Assembly (NCBI GenBank): GCA_012295275.1
Contig: CM022665.1
Location: 20,832,001 to 20,896,000, forward strand
Origin: Chrysomallon squamiferum
Lineage: Eukaryota > Animalia > Mollusca
Direction: 5' to 3'
DNA: 64,000 nt
This document shows, piece after piece, positions 38,501 through 55,688 of this stretch; position 1 is the first letter of the stretch; every line of letters starts with the position of its first letter. The notes beneath the pieces are model-generated. The model saw nothing but the letters and a program-made list of their open reading frames with translations. It searched no databases and was not told the DNA's origin. A program made the translations under genes and the position numbers.

Positions 38501-39740
38501 TCTGTTCATTAATTTTTTCAGAAGAGGCACACATTTCTGGTAAAGTGGCTGGAAATTGTCAATTTTGATTTGTCTCTAATTTCTTGAAACAACTAGGTTA
38601 TAGATTAACTTTCCATAACTAATGTAAAAAAAAAAAAAAAAGCTATTTTGACCGTCTGTGTGCCAGACACACTTATTACAACATATCACCATGATAAAAT
38701 GATTTGACCGTGGCCCTTCTTTTCTGCAGTGAAGAAAAATAACAAGGGAGATTGATGTGATTACTAAACAAGTGCCTTAACTGCATGGTTTACGAACAGT
38801 CAACTCTTCAATATATTTTTCTATTTACAATTTTTTTTGTTCTCATGATAACCTGGAACAACAATGTACTTAATAACATTGTTACTACTGTTGTCATAGC
38901 TACTCATGAAGTGAAACACTTGTGATAAGCATAATATCAAAAATTTAACAAAATATTTTACGTTTTCAGATAAATCTTTTTTTTAATTATTATTTTAATG
39001 GCTTGCTCAACATAAGTCCATGTGTTTGTTTGTCTGTGTGAAGGAATCTCATATGTTTTAATACTGTTGTGTTGACTTTACTAATGTTTTTATGTTACTG
39101 GATTATTGTCACAAATATAGATTGCGTTGTTTATATTCTTGGTTTCGTTTTGCATATCAAGGCCAATGGAAGAAATTATTTTGTTTTTCCACCAAATTGT
39201 TTATTTTAATTTTGAAAATTTAATTTGCATTTTATTTTTGTTAAAAATCTTTATCGTTTTTCGCAATAATTGATTTAATTAACTTTTTATAAAAGTGGAC
39301 TAATGTTAATTTAACAATGTTTGTGTTTTTTGTACTTTTTTATTTTTATTTTTTATGATTATTAATACATATTAATCAAAAAATAAAATAAAAATAAAAT
39401 TGTTATTTGCATAACATTGTAGGACTTACATTTAAAAAAAAAAAAAAAATCATTTTTGTTTTATTTGTTAGATTAATTACTAAAACGCCAATTATGTTCA
39501 AAATGATTTCTTCTATGGTCAACAATAACTCAATAGCTACAGCTTTTTTTCATAACATTGCCTGAGTTTTTGTATCTTTTCATACTGTTTAATAAACACA
39601 TTTGTAGCAAAACTCGTGATATTTGCCTGTCTTTGTATAATACGAGGTAAAAAAAACAAAACAACAACACTAACCCAGACCACAGCCTTGTCTGACTCCC
39701 CCTGCTTTTCTCCACTTTGCTTCTAGACTAGAACTAACAG
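34509..39740 (+). promoter_or_regulatory. Putative long QKI 3' UTR with multiple ACTAAY (QRE core) motifs; 3' end uncertain
   Basis: ACTAAC at 34504, 34643, 34824, 36390, 36851, 37363, 38425, 39669 and 39733. AATAAA at 39591, among others. Confidence 0.4.
36870..37085. repeat. Minisatellite, about 29-30-bp unit x7
   Basis: Near-identical copies of tattgtaaagggaag(tgattcattat/caactctttt)gaa. Confidence 0.9.
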
Positions 39741-39887
39741 AGCCAATATTTCACAAACCAGGCCTCCGGAAAGGCCTACATAACAGCATGCTATCATCAT
39801 ATGTACAGCTTTGGAAATTTGTGACATTTTAAACTTAACACTATTCTTTTATTTATTTATTTATTTAATTGTTATTGCTATTATTAC

Positions 39888-39942
<55 letters not shown>

Positions 39943-41534
39943 TTCTGGTAATTTAGATTTTTTATTTTTTTGTTTTTTGTTTGTATATTAACTCTGTTGT
40001 GGTTGGTTTAGGTTGTGATCTTGATACTCAAAAGTTGTTTTTTTTCAAAGCAAACTATTTTTACTTTTATCTTTTTATCTTTGATTTTTTTTTAAAAACT
40101 TTTATTTGGTTCTATCAATGAAGTACTGTTCAAATTGGTCAAGGGTTGTTAGTAAAAATAGGGAAAATAATAAATTTAAAAATCAAAGAATCATGTTGGT
40201 CATAATATTTCTATATGTTTACTCTGATTTTATAGTTTTACATAATTACTTGGTGCTATTCATTTTTACAGTAATCTTTTTATAATCACTTTGAGAACAG
40301 CAGATGTAGCTGGAGTTATCTTTTCCTGCTGGGAGTTCTTCTGTAGAAATGTTCAAATTCTAGGAACAATACTATGAAGTTTGCATAATGTAAAACTAAA
40401 CAATTTATTTACATATCCATTAAGATATAACCACAGATGTTTTTTTAATTTTTATTAAATCTTAGTTTATCTACTTTCAACATAAAAATGGGTAGAAATT
40501 GAAGGATTGAGTATATATATGCTGGTTTTAATTTCTGTCTTTTCACTATACATGTGTTGGAAAACATTGAAGGAATTAGTATGTTGGTTTTAATTTTCAT
40601 CTATTTTCAATATCAGGACTCTATTTTCGATATAACAACAGAGAAAGATGATGTATTGCTGGACACATTGAAAGGCTTGTTGTGTAGATTTTAGTGCTTG
40701 TTTGGATAACTGCATGCTGCAAGGTCTAACTACAGTTAACCAGCACCCTCTCTATTTACCTCAGTGTTTTATTAATCTTGCCACTTTTTAACGAATCTGT
40801 TAACATCTGAGAAAACTGAACAAGATTTTGAGTAGGGTTAATTTTTGTTTTCAGCTCAAAAAAGTCTTGTGAAGTTTTCTCAGGGAAATCATTGCTCAAT
40901 TGCTCAAAGTTCTTTTTCGAGATGCGGTTTGTTGATGGTTATCATCTGTATACATTTTTTTTTTTTTTTTGCTCCTTTGATAAAAGGGAAATTATTTATT
41001 CCCGTCTATTTATCCATGACATCTTATCTAGGTGCTCAGTTTCTTATTACTTGTCAGTATTTGTTTTACTCATCTGCTGTAGAATTTGTAGATCGACTCG
41101 GGCTGGGTCTGTAGAGACTTTTTGTAGGCAGTTCGTGAATGGAGAACATTGACATCGCATGGTTACTGCCTTGATAATAAAATATTTCAATTCATTCTTG
41201 TATCTTTTCAATAGATATTCAGAAAAAACATATATATTTTAAACAATGTTATTCTTATTTTCATTTTCATTTATCTTTTTTTTTTTTTTTTTTTTTTTTA
41301 AACATAAATTTATATATTAACAATAATCTTCAAAATCTTATCATGGAATCTTACTGTCTTTAACCAGACATAACACTAACAAAAAACAAATTAATAAAGA
41401 AGATAAAATTGTTTTGTAATATGTATGTACTGAAAATACTACTAAACTAAGTTAGTGTTTAACATGTATTTTAAATGTTAAAAAGATAACCACTTAATAT
41501 TGCTTAAAATTAATAAACAATAACTACTAATGTC

Positions 41535-41589
<55 letters not shown>

Positions 41590-41592
<3 letters not shown>

Positions 41593-42790
41593 TAACAAAA
41601 AAAATAAAGTAATTAAAAATGAATAAAATAGAAATACATAAATTGAATTTTAAGAATATCTAAAATATTTAAAAATACAAAGAACATGTATAAAAACTAT
41701 ATAAAAATTTAAAATGTATTAAAATAAAAAATGCATATAAGTGATTGAAAACAAAATTTAAAATTAAAAATAGATGAAAATAAATAATTAAAAATAAAAA
41801 TGCACAAAAGCATACAAAAATATTGAAAATGGGTAAATAAATAATATATGAAGTAATTAAAAGTACATTAAATTAAAAAATGAATTAAAATAACTAAAAA
41901 TGCATGAAAATTACTTTTTAAATCCTTGTACTTTTTTTTTAAAGTAAACAATAATATTATAATATATCTCAAATTTAAAAAAGTAACATACAAATTATAT
42001 ATTTATATATGTATATATATATCTGTGTATACATAAATATGTGGAAATGTGAAATAAGTAAATATATAAAAAGTGATTAAAACTTACAAATACATTAGGG
42101 AAAAAAAAAACGTACAAAATAATCTGTAAAATTAAAAATACATGAATAATTTTATAAAAAAAAAAAAAAAAAAATATAAAAAATATATATAAGAAATAAA
42201 TACATCCAAACAAAGCAAAATAGTTAAAACTATTAAATTTATAAAGTAAATAAAATGTATAAAAATATATGCAAAATAATATATATGTATATATGAAATA
42301 ATTGAAAGACAAAAGACAATTAAAAGTACATAAAATTTAACTGAAAACGAATTTTAAAAAAGTAAAGATAAAAAAATAATTACAAATGCATAAAAATAGT
42401 GATTAACAATCAAAAACAGAATGAATAGAAATGTATATAAAAAAAAACCCTGTAAAATAAATAAAAATAAGTGATTAAAAGTAAATAAATAAATGAAAAT
42501 AAATATAAAAAATACATATAAAAATAATAAATATAAACAAAAATACATAAAAATAAATGAATATATAGATATATATATATATATATAACAAATATTGAAA
42601 TACATTTTAAAAAAAATATATGAAAATAAAGAAAATTATATAAAAATATATAAAAAAATAAAAGTAGTAAAAAAAAAAAATTTTTTAGCAGGGTATGTTG
42701 AAAATTTCTATGACAGTAATGTAAATTAAAAAAATAAAGCAAAATCGTGAAAAAAAAAAAAAAAAAATTTAAAAATGTTTTTGTTAACAT
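41590..42790. repeat. Extremely AT-rich, A-skewed low-complexity tract between the convergent genes
   Basis: Almost only A/T with strong A excess on the + strand. Generates spurious F/Y/I-rich ORFs on the - strand. Confidence 0.85.
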
Positions 42791-45383
42791 TGTAAGATTA
42801 CAAATGGTTTAATAAGAGTTAATGGAAACATTCATCTGTAAATACAGTCTGGACAATTTTTTCCAAAATATACAGGTACAGAAATAACAAAATAAAACTT
42901 GGATCATGTTGAAATCAATATAAAGATGCTATTAAAAAACCCAGATTTAAATTATTATGTGTTAACGGTCTGATACCTTAATGGTTTTACTAAACTGAAA
43001 TGACAGTATCAAAAACGAAAAACAAAATCCTCAAAATGTGTTCCTTCTGTAGTGACAATACATAATTAAAAATGGCCACTGGCAAAATCAGCAAAACTAT
43101 TTGTGCTGTGGCAGATGGCAGCTAATACTTGGCTGAAATGATGTTAGGAAGTCTGTTCTCACAGCATTTTATTTTATTTTATTTTATTTTTTTTCTCAAG
43201 GCTGTGGTTAAATCCACTTCCTGCAGTTAACAGTAATAAAAATGTTAGTGGATAAACTGACTTATTGCAAGGAAAGGTTTAAGAAATGTGTTTTGCTGAG
43301 AAAATTATTCCACTGTTAATAATTTAAAAACCTATCAATGTATTCCACACTTCTGCTTAAGGGTTTCTAAGGAAATGTTTTTAATATGGAAATATGCAGA
43401 ATAGAATTTTTATCACATGATGCAGAATATATTTTTAATTTTTTTTTAAATTATCACGTACAAAACACTTCCATGTTTAAAAGAACTTAATCAAATTCAA
43501 CACAAAATTATCCAAAAATCCCCAACCCCTGAAAAAACAAAACACTCATTTATATTTAGGAAATACACTATTAGCTTGAGACAGCACAAGAGAATGAGCT
43601 CATTTAATATAACCTTAAATAGTTGTTTCTGTATGGTAATTTATTCGTCTGGTTTGCAATTTTTTTTTTTTTGAAATCATGGTTCTGCTGAACATTCTTT
43701 CCACAATAAGGAACAACTACCAATGAAAGCACTGGATAAACTATTTCATTATTACCATCATAACAAATTCTAAACATTTTTAAAAATATTTTATTGACAA
43801 ATCACGAAATTACATATATTTTTTAAAAACATTGTTCTATATACATTGAAATTAAACAAAAAAATTTTTTTTTTTTTTAATTGCAAGCTGTTTTGCAAGT
43901 GACTGAAGTATATAAAAAAAAAATAATAATTAAAAAAATATAAACATCAAAGATTTATACATTATGCAAAAATATTATCAGCTGCTTGATGCATAATCAA
44001 TATAAACTGAACACACAAATGAAATATTCAATGTGAATAGCAATTGGTATCCAGATCAGTAATATTCTGTTTACAGAATAAAAAAAAAATAATAATAATA
44101 AATAAATAAAAAAAAAAAAAAAATATATATATATATACATAATACTTTTAAAATAAAAAAAAAAAAAAAAAAAAAAATAATAGGAAAGTTTAACCAATGT
44201 ATAAAACAGCAGTGGATGCTAAACTAAGTGAACTACTTTCACCACCCAGTATCTTTGTGCAATATGAGATTTTTAAATCGGTCTGGAACATGAAGACAAA
44301 ATTACAAGATCTAGTAACTGTTGAATCAAGGTAAGCTAGTGTTTTGTCCTGAGAACAATAAAAATGCTGAGCCAGCACGACTGTTTTTTTGTTTTTTTTT
44401 TTCAAAGATTAGATTGTTATAAAGTATGAAATTTCAAATAACTTGCTACATAAAATGGTTTCAATGTTCATGAACAATAGGAAAGGTCTTCTTTGGCTAA
44501 TTAAAAATGTTAAAAACAAAACAAAAAATATGGAATAAATATTCTACAACTAAAGCTTAAGAAAAAGAAAATGCAAGAGACTTTTGGTAACAGCTACTGA
44601 AATAAAATTTAAAAAATTTAATGGGTGTTTTTATGTTTGCTGTGCACAAGCTATAATAATAACAAAAAAAGAATTGGGAAAGAAAAAGTTATCAACTTTC
44701 TGTTTTGGTGGAGAATTATTAATTTAAAAAAAAAAAAAAAAAATTAATAGCTGTGTTCTATTTTCTTCTTGAACATTATTTCATTTACAAACTCATAAAG
44801 GGCACTTAGTGATATAAAAAAAATTGTGACAGCAGTCACTATGAATGATCTACATTCTTGAAAAGAACAAATATGTTTGTTGATTGGTCTACACCAAAAA
44901 ACACTGGAATGGCTGACAGGAGAAAATCTGCAAGTAAATAAATGAAAGCATATTATGAAGTGCAAAATCCTTTTTACTGTTTTGTACAATTTCAAAATTT
45001 CATTTTGGTATCTACACCATCAAGTGTGACAGCTTGAGTGAATATAGTAAACTATTTTTAATAAATTTATTATTATAGAGTTCAAGTTAAAAAGTAAAAG
45101 AAGATACAATTAAAATGATTTGTAATAGTAAAGTGATAACATATTTGAAATAAAAATTTAGATCTACTGAAAGTATTTGCCGCATGGATTCAGAAATGTG
45201 GAAATAAAAAGTTTAGGTCAACTGAAAGTAGATGCAACAGTAATGTACAAATGTTTAAATGAAGAGAGGGTTTACTAACATGTAAACTCTGCAAATGTGG
45301 AAATAAAGAGGGTTTAATAATGTGGAAATGGAGAGAAACAGTTTAATGACATATACAAATAAAACATACTTACTGGTGGATGA

Positions 45384-49259
<3,876 letters not shown>

Positions 49260-52200
49260 CTTTTTTATCTGGAAAAAAAAAAGTGTAATATATTAATAAA
49301 TTGAGATTCTGTGTGCGCCTGTATCTGATGGGAGCCTGTATATGTGCTTCTTATGTGAGATTGTGAGCATGTGCTGGCATGTGTATATTGCCTGAAACTA
49401 TGTGTGTCTGTGTGTGTTTCCATCTGTATTTTGTATGTGCCTGTGTAATATTAGAGATAACTCACTTAGTAATGTCTCATAACTATCATACATAAAAAAA
49501 CAAAAGAACTTATCATCTCTGATATAAACTGAGACATTTTATGGAGAATATAATTCTCATTTATAACCTTTAAAAAGTTTCCTACAAACTTATTTCCATG
49601 AAAAGAAATATTCACGTCTTTCTACCCAGTACTTGAACACCTCTCATTAATCAGTTTACCAATAACATTAACCTTGAGCAATGTTAAAACTGACAGAAGG
49701 AAATTGTTTTATTGTCAGCTGCTTAATTTTCAATTATCAAAGCAATAACAATGTTCAGCTGATTAAAAAGATTATGAAAATTTCCCATAACCTGTAATTT
49801 CCTTCTTACCATTCTTGTAATTAATCAGCATTATTAATTACTACTATTATTACTATAATTACTTTTCAAAGTACTTTCTACAGATATTGCTTACATCAAA
49901 ATCTAATCTTGCTTGTAGATATTTTTGCAGATGGTTTTAAAAAATATATATATATAACACTTCTATAAAATGCTTTTAATGTACTTTTACAAAAGATGGT
50001 TTTCTGTGTATAAGTAAAACCTATGTGTCTAACAAACCTCACATAAATATTTAACATACAGCTTTTAAAAATTGCGTTTTGATATCTGACTACTGCATGT
50101 GTAATTAACATATATTCAATATTGGTATATATAATACAGCATTCATTTTAAATATTTATCAGCTGTGTTTTATGGGGTAATATTAAACAGATGTAGGATA
50201 ATTAGTCAGAAAACAACCATTTAGAGAAATAACTCAGTGTCAAACTGACTTGGTTTGAAAAAGGTGGATGTGGGGAAATTCACAGGACAGTCAATATGTC
50301 CTGGACTACAAATTATACAATGCGGGTTATTCTTACAAAAACAACAAAAGGACTATATAACAAATTTCACCAAGAAGAAATTAAAAACATTTTAGAAAGA
50401 ACAAATCTCGGAGCTAATCAAGATAAAGAAAACTGAGGGAAATATTTTACTGATTTTAAATTTTAAAGTTTCTCTCTATACCTGACAAGAAATTACCTTC
50501 AACTAATGGTCAATTTATCTTGACCAACTTGCTATAAGCTGTAACACAACTACTACAGCCACTGATAAACAGAAATGACCAAACACTTTTCACACTAACC
50601 ACTGAGTCTACATTCACCGATAACTCCAGTCAGTGCTTTGAACTACTGCCCTCTAATAAAAACATTTCAAAAAGGTCTTACATTCATGGGTCATGAGGTG
50701 AATTATCTAAGAAGCTTTTTCTGGGATTAATTTGTAAGATCAAATTTGCAGAATTCAGCAATGATCCATAAACAACTTGCTGAAGACAGATGATTTAATA
50801 ATCTGGTGAATTTTCATTTATTACTACTTAGCTACTGATCTTAAAATTAACATAGAGGTCAAACAGTGTGAAAACTGTTTACAGGATATCTTGAAATCAG
50901 GTCACTGCATGAGTCACCAGAACTTAGCAGAAAGTAATCTTTTCTGTGCACCTTTCCTTAAACAGCAGTAATGTTTTACATACAACTCACTTAACTCCAA
51001 CATTAATTGACTGTTATAATCCCCCCATACATTTCGAATATTTAGTCTTTTCAGATATATAAATTTCTCAATTCGTCTGAATCTGAATTAATTCTGAAGT
51101 ATGAGTTGGTGTCACTATACTTTGTCCCACTAGTATGTCTGTATCAAGACAGGTGCAGGTGTATCACTGTCACAACCAACATCTGCACCTATCTTGTATC
51201 AAATATGTTAGGCATCTCACAGTGACTCAAGTGTTTCAAAGCAAATTACCAACTTTTCATGAATAATTCATAAAGTCCATTTATAAATATACAAATCTAA
51301 AAACATCAGGATACAAAGTTTTTTTGTTTTTTTATCTTATTTTCTATTTATGTAATATACTAACTGGTGCATTTGTCTGCTAACTGCTGCATTTGTATAT
51401 AAATGTAAAATAAAAATATAAAAATAATAAATTTAAATAAACAAATAAAAATCATTATAAAATCATGATAAATGAAAAACCCTAATACTAGCTGAATTAA
51501 CTGGCATTTATTTTTCACATTTCATAAAAACCAAACAAGTGTCTGAAGTGTTTGTAATATAATTTAAAAAAAAGAAAGGTTTAAATTTACTCTTTCAATA
51601 AGGAAGTATTTACTGAGTGTGATTTCCGGTAATGTATTGAGTACAAATTCAGTAAATTATAAACAACATTTTCATATTTAAAATTTTAAAATTTAACACT
51701 GAGATCAGTAATTAAATACATTTTGTTGTGGACTTTTGGATCTGAAATGTACAATTACTATCAAACAAGCTTGATTTATAAAATAAAACAAAGTAATTTT
51801 TAAAAAATTAAAAAAAGCTACTAACAATTTACCGTTTTTTTTTGTTTTTTTTTACACAGGTACATTGAGTAAGTTTCAGAGCAAAGTTATTATTCATTTG
51901 AAATGGCTGACTATGACTATGACAAAGGTCAGTAAGAAATTTAATCATACGATGATTCATGGGAAATTTTTACTTCCGAGTTCTAGTTTCATATTATTAG
52001 TCAAACAAAAGAAATACTTTGAAAATGGATCCAAATGGGATTATTTTCTGTATAATTATATCATGAATTTTTTACTGCTTTATTATTATTTTCTTTTAAT
52101 TTAACTAAAGAAATAATTAACAGATAATCAACATATACACATTTTAAATTTTTGGCCTCTCTTCGTAATGTAAAAATCAAACAGGTAATTTACTACTGTA

Positions 52201-52472
52201 ATCTGAAATCATTTGTTGGTGTTCTAAAATAAGTCCATTAATAAAAGATTTATGTCCTTTCTTAGTAAAATTTCAGTTAATTAACCCCAAAACTGAAACA
52301 AACTTAGGAAGCATTAGAACTGATAATAATAATGAAAGTTAACTTATAATTTTAGTTGAAATTTTAAATAGTTCCGTTTATGCGGTAAAGTTGTTTAAAG
52401 TTATCTACATAATTTAATTAGTTTCAAAACAGAGAAATACTGATGAAACAGAAACAGTTAACTTCAACTTAC

Positions 52473-52545
52473 CATACGATTCACAACTTATACAACTGAA
52501 ATGCGTTTGCAAAATGAACAAAATCTCCCAGATTCCACGAAATCA
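52473..52545 (-). other. CTSL: Candidate first exon of cathepsin L (5' UTR, ends ATG|gtaagt), splicing to the acceptor at 49268
   Basis: Perfect gtaagt donor at 52472-52467 next to promoter motifs. The exon-terminal ATG is in frame with ATA AAA AAG ATG. The transcription start is approximate. Confidence 0.55.
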
Positions 52546-52549
52546 CCTG

Positions 52550-52640
52550 TAGGTCATATGACTTTAATCATATGACTCGTGACGCATAACTCTGATTTAT
52601 TTAGAACACGGTTTTTTCCCCTTGTGGGTCTCACGTCACA
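52550..52640 (-). promoter_or_regulatory. Putative cathepsin L promoter with tandem palindromic E-boxes and CRE/ATF-like sites
   Basis: GTCATATGAC (52553-52562), ATCATATGAC (52567-52576), TGACGCA (52580) and CACGTCAC (about 52632). CpG is locally retained. Confidence 0.5.
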
Positions 52641-52832
52641 ATTTATTGGGATAAGTATATAACTCATCTTTTATGCAAGACCAAACTATTTGATATAATT
52701 AATGTAACATAGTTATTAACGGTTAATACACAAATAAATTTTATTTCATTATTCATTTAAAATAAGATTAAAAGAAGCAGATGAGAAAACGTAATAAAAA
52801 TGTTAAAAATGAACATTTTGGACATCAAAGAG

Positions 52833-52892
<60 letters not shown>

Positions 52893-53030
52893 AATATACA
52901 TACACACACACACGGGGCTATGACTAAACAAGATTTTCGTAATGTCAGTGTGTTATCCAGTGAAATTTTGTGTTTCTCTACATCTTGAGAGAAATAAAAA
53001 ATTTTCTCACAAACTAACGTGGGCAAGTTG

Positions 53031-53820
53031 ACTTAAGTTTGTAACTCGAACCTGTAGGATATGCACGTATGACCTTTTTCAGAATATTAAATACTTGTAT
53101 TATTGCAATAATTAGTTTTCGTATGTATATATATTGTGATTATATATGTATTTATGTCGATAATTTTGTTTTTCTTTTAATGTTATGGCGGATAAGAATT
53201 AGAACGAAGTTCAAATATATATATATATATTTTTTTTTGTACAGTCCCTTACATGTATGTATGAAAATGATTCTGTATGTTTTAATTTAAAATACTAAAC
53301 ATTTAACGAATAAATGTAATAAAACCTAAAAAAAAAAAAAAAAAAATAAATAATAATAATAATAAGATTGCAAACTTTCTCACTGGTTTATTCTGTAAAA
53401 TTTTTTAAATAATTAAAAGGTCAGTTACGTGCATTCTGCAAATGTCAGTCTGACCTAGCCAAATCAGCACGTGAGAATTAAAACTACGTCATGGGAATTT
53501 TACAAGAATTTTTTTTTTTCTTCCTTGTTTCAATTTCACATCTTCAATTAAATTACTTGGAATTACGAAATCACTTTCTATTGAAATCTTCACAAATGTC
53601 TTTCACACGTTCACAATTTAATCTCTTTGATCAGAGAAAATTCATTTCAGTGCTTTAATTTTTAATACATACTGGAAAGTTGATCATTTGACACGTTAAA
53701 AGCTTTATAGATTGCATAAAGATATTGGAATTCAGTTATAAGATGATAACAGACGGGTACAAAATATATACATAAAAAAAGAAGGTATTTTATTTAAATA
53801 TGTTCATGTTAGAAATCCTG
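53031..53820 (+). repeat. Copy A of a diverged direct local duplication (partner 58248-59900)
   Basis: Colinear matches include cctgtaggatatgcac..gacctttttcagaatattaaatactt, gtcatgggaattttacaag and caaaatatatacataaaaaaagaaggtattttatttaaat. Confidence 0.9.
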
Positions 53821-54644
53821 GAACGTTCAGAATTTTTGCCAATTAAATTACCTGGAACATGTAGAGATACCCATTATACTATTATAGAGCCTTAATCCAC
53901 TGAACTTGATATATATGTTCAGCTTTATTAATCTTGACCTATGTATTACTCATAAATAATAATTACAACTTCCATCATCCCTCCACCCACCAAAACAACA
54001 ACAATAATAATAATCAATCTGCGTTATACTAAGGGAAATAAAAAACATTAGTACTCAGTTATGTTTGTCAGCATGAATAGTTAGTTTATTTCAGGCAAAT
54101 ATGAACTCAAACTAAAATAAAATGAAAGAAAGAAATTTAAAAAAAAAATAGAATAAAATACAGCTTTCTTATTGCATTTATTTTTAATCTTTTAGGCTGA
54201 ACATCTAAGTTTTATTGTTTTCTATAAATAGTGAGTTTATGGGGTAATGTAATTAGTGAAGCTGCTTAATTAAATCTCCTTAGAGACCTAGCCATTGGCT
54301 GGACAGGGTGAGTTGTTTGTCATTGTGTGTCATTGTTAATTTTCAAAAAGACAGTTGAACTGACAAGGCAGTTTTACCAGGCAGGCAATTTTAACAAAAA
54401 ATAACTAAAAAAAAGTACTAACAGTTGAAAAATGAGAAGACTATTAATAATTGCAGGTGGGTATTCTTTGCCTTTAATTACAGATAATTAAATTTTATAA
54501 TTTGTTAATAATCACATTTTTCCAAAGAATACTTTAACATTTTTAAGTCTTTATAATTTGTTGCAGAAACATTGTTTAGTATATTATAATATTTTAGACA
54601 TCCTTTTCTTAGTTTTTTTTTTTTTTTCTTATTATTAGAGGATT

Positions 54645-54750
54645 GACAGCAGTTTTGAATTTTGAAATATTGTCTAGGTTTAAGTTATCTGCCATTTTGA
54701 ATTTTGAAATGTCCAGATTTTAAGTAATCAGCCATTTTGGATTTAGATAT
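54645..54750. repeat. About 40-bp tandem repeat x3 with a gccattttgaattttgaaat core
   Basis: gcagttttgaattttgaaat, gccattttgaattttgaaat and gccattttggatttagatat. Confidence 0.65.
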
Positions 54751-54881
54751 TTTTACCTTCAGTTTTTCTCAATTTTATTTTAACTAAGTAATTACTTAAA
54801 TTTTTTTATTTTTTTTTTACTAATGAATGATATCATATCTGAAAATATCAGTTCGTCATCCTAACAATTTTTTATTGTGTA

Positions 54882-55688
54882 CCGTATATACTTGTGTACA
54901 AGGCGACCTTATGTATAAGTCGATGTGTATTTTAAGACCAAAATTTGCGTCATTTTAGGTATTACTTGTGTATAAGTCGACTGTAGATTCCAGGCACCAT
55001 CACTATTTTTAGACCAGTGTGACAGTGCCATGAAGGCCTACATTGTACGCCTACTGTAACAACTTGCACGAGCTGTAACTTGCACGAACATACCATAATA
55101 ACGTAAATGCATGTATTACACGAGCTATAGCCTAAATGTATCATAAATAGTATCTCTTTAATGTAACAGGTCTAACATGGAGACCTAACTTACCGTTATA
55201 TTTAGCCGTTCTATGATTTACAAAATTTGTCGGTAGTTGATATTAATGACGATTGCAATATTATTTCACCAAATTCTTTACAATTAAACAAGTGAGTTTT
55301 GTTTATGAAATTAGGACCGATATTTAGTGCAATTTGGCAGAGAAGTCTGCATTCCTAGATCATTGCAAGACGCCGTAAGACATAACGCCGTACTGACGGT
55401 TTTCTCGCTTTAAAATGTATTCTTATGTCATTAAACGGAAGAATATCATGTTTTACCTTTATATTTGGTTTTGTTATTTAATTTTTCAAATTTTTTTATA
55501 CGATAAAATTATATTTTTGAAAAGCTGAAAGACCGCGATTATTTTAGATGCACCCCGTAGCAAAAAATAGTCAAAATGGCGACTCTTCAGCAACAGCTAC
55601 AAAATCATTACCTATGTATAAGTCGACCCCCAAAATATTACCTTAATATAGTCTCCCAAAAATTCGACTTATACACAAGTATATACGG
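54882..55688. mobile_element. MITE with Tc2/pogo-like termini, 807 bp, TA target-site duplication
   Basis: TA|CCGTATATACTTGTGTACAAGGCGA ... TCGACTTATACACAAGTATATACGG|TA. Internal TGTATAAGTCGA subterminal repeats, CpG-rich, no transposase. Confidence 0.88.

Noticed and set aside
39761-39776. GGCCTCCGGAAAGGCC as a histone stem-loop
   Set aside because: Loop and flanks do not match the consensus on either strand, and there is no histone gene.
41995-42790. Long F/Y/I-rich ORFs (105, 83 and 126 aa) and similar ORF-track entries elsewhere
   Set aside because: Artefacts of low-complexity A/T tracts and microsatellites, with no domain or splice support.
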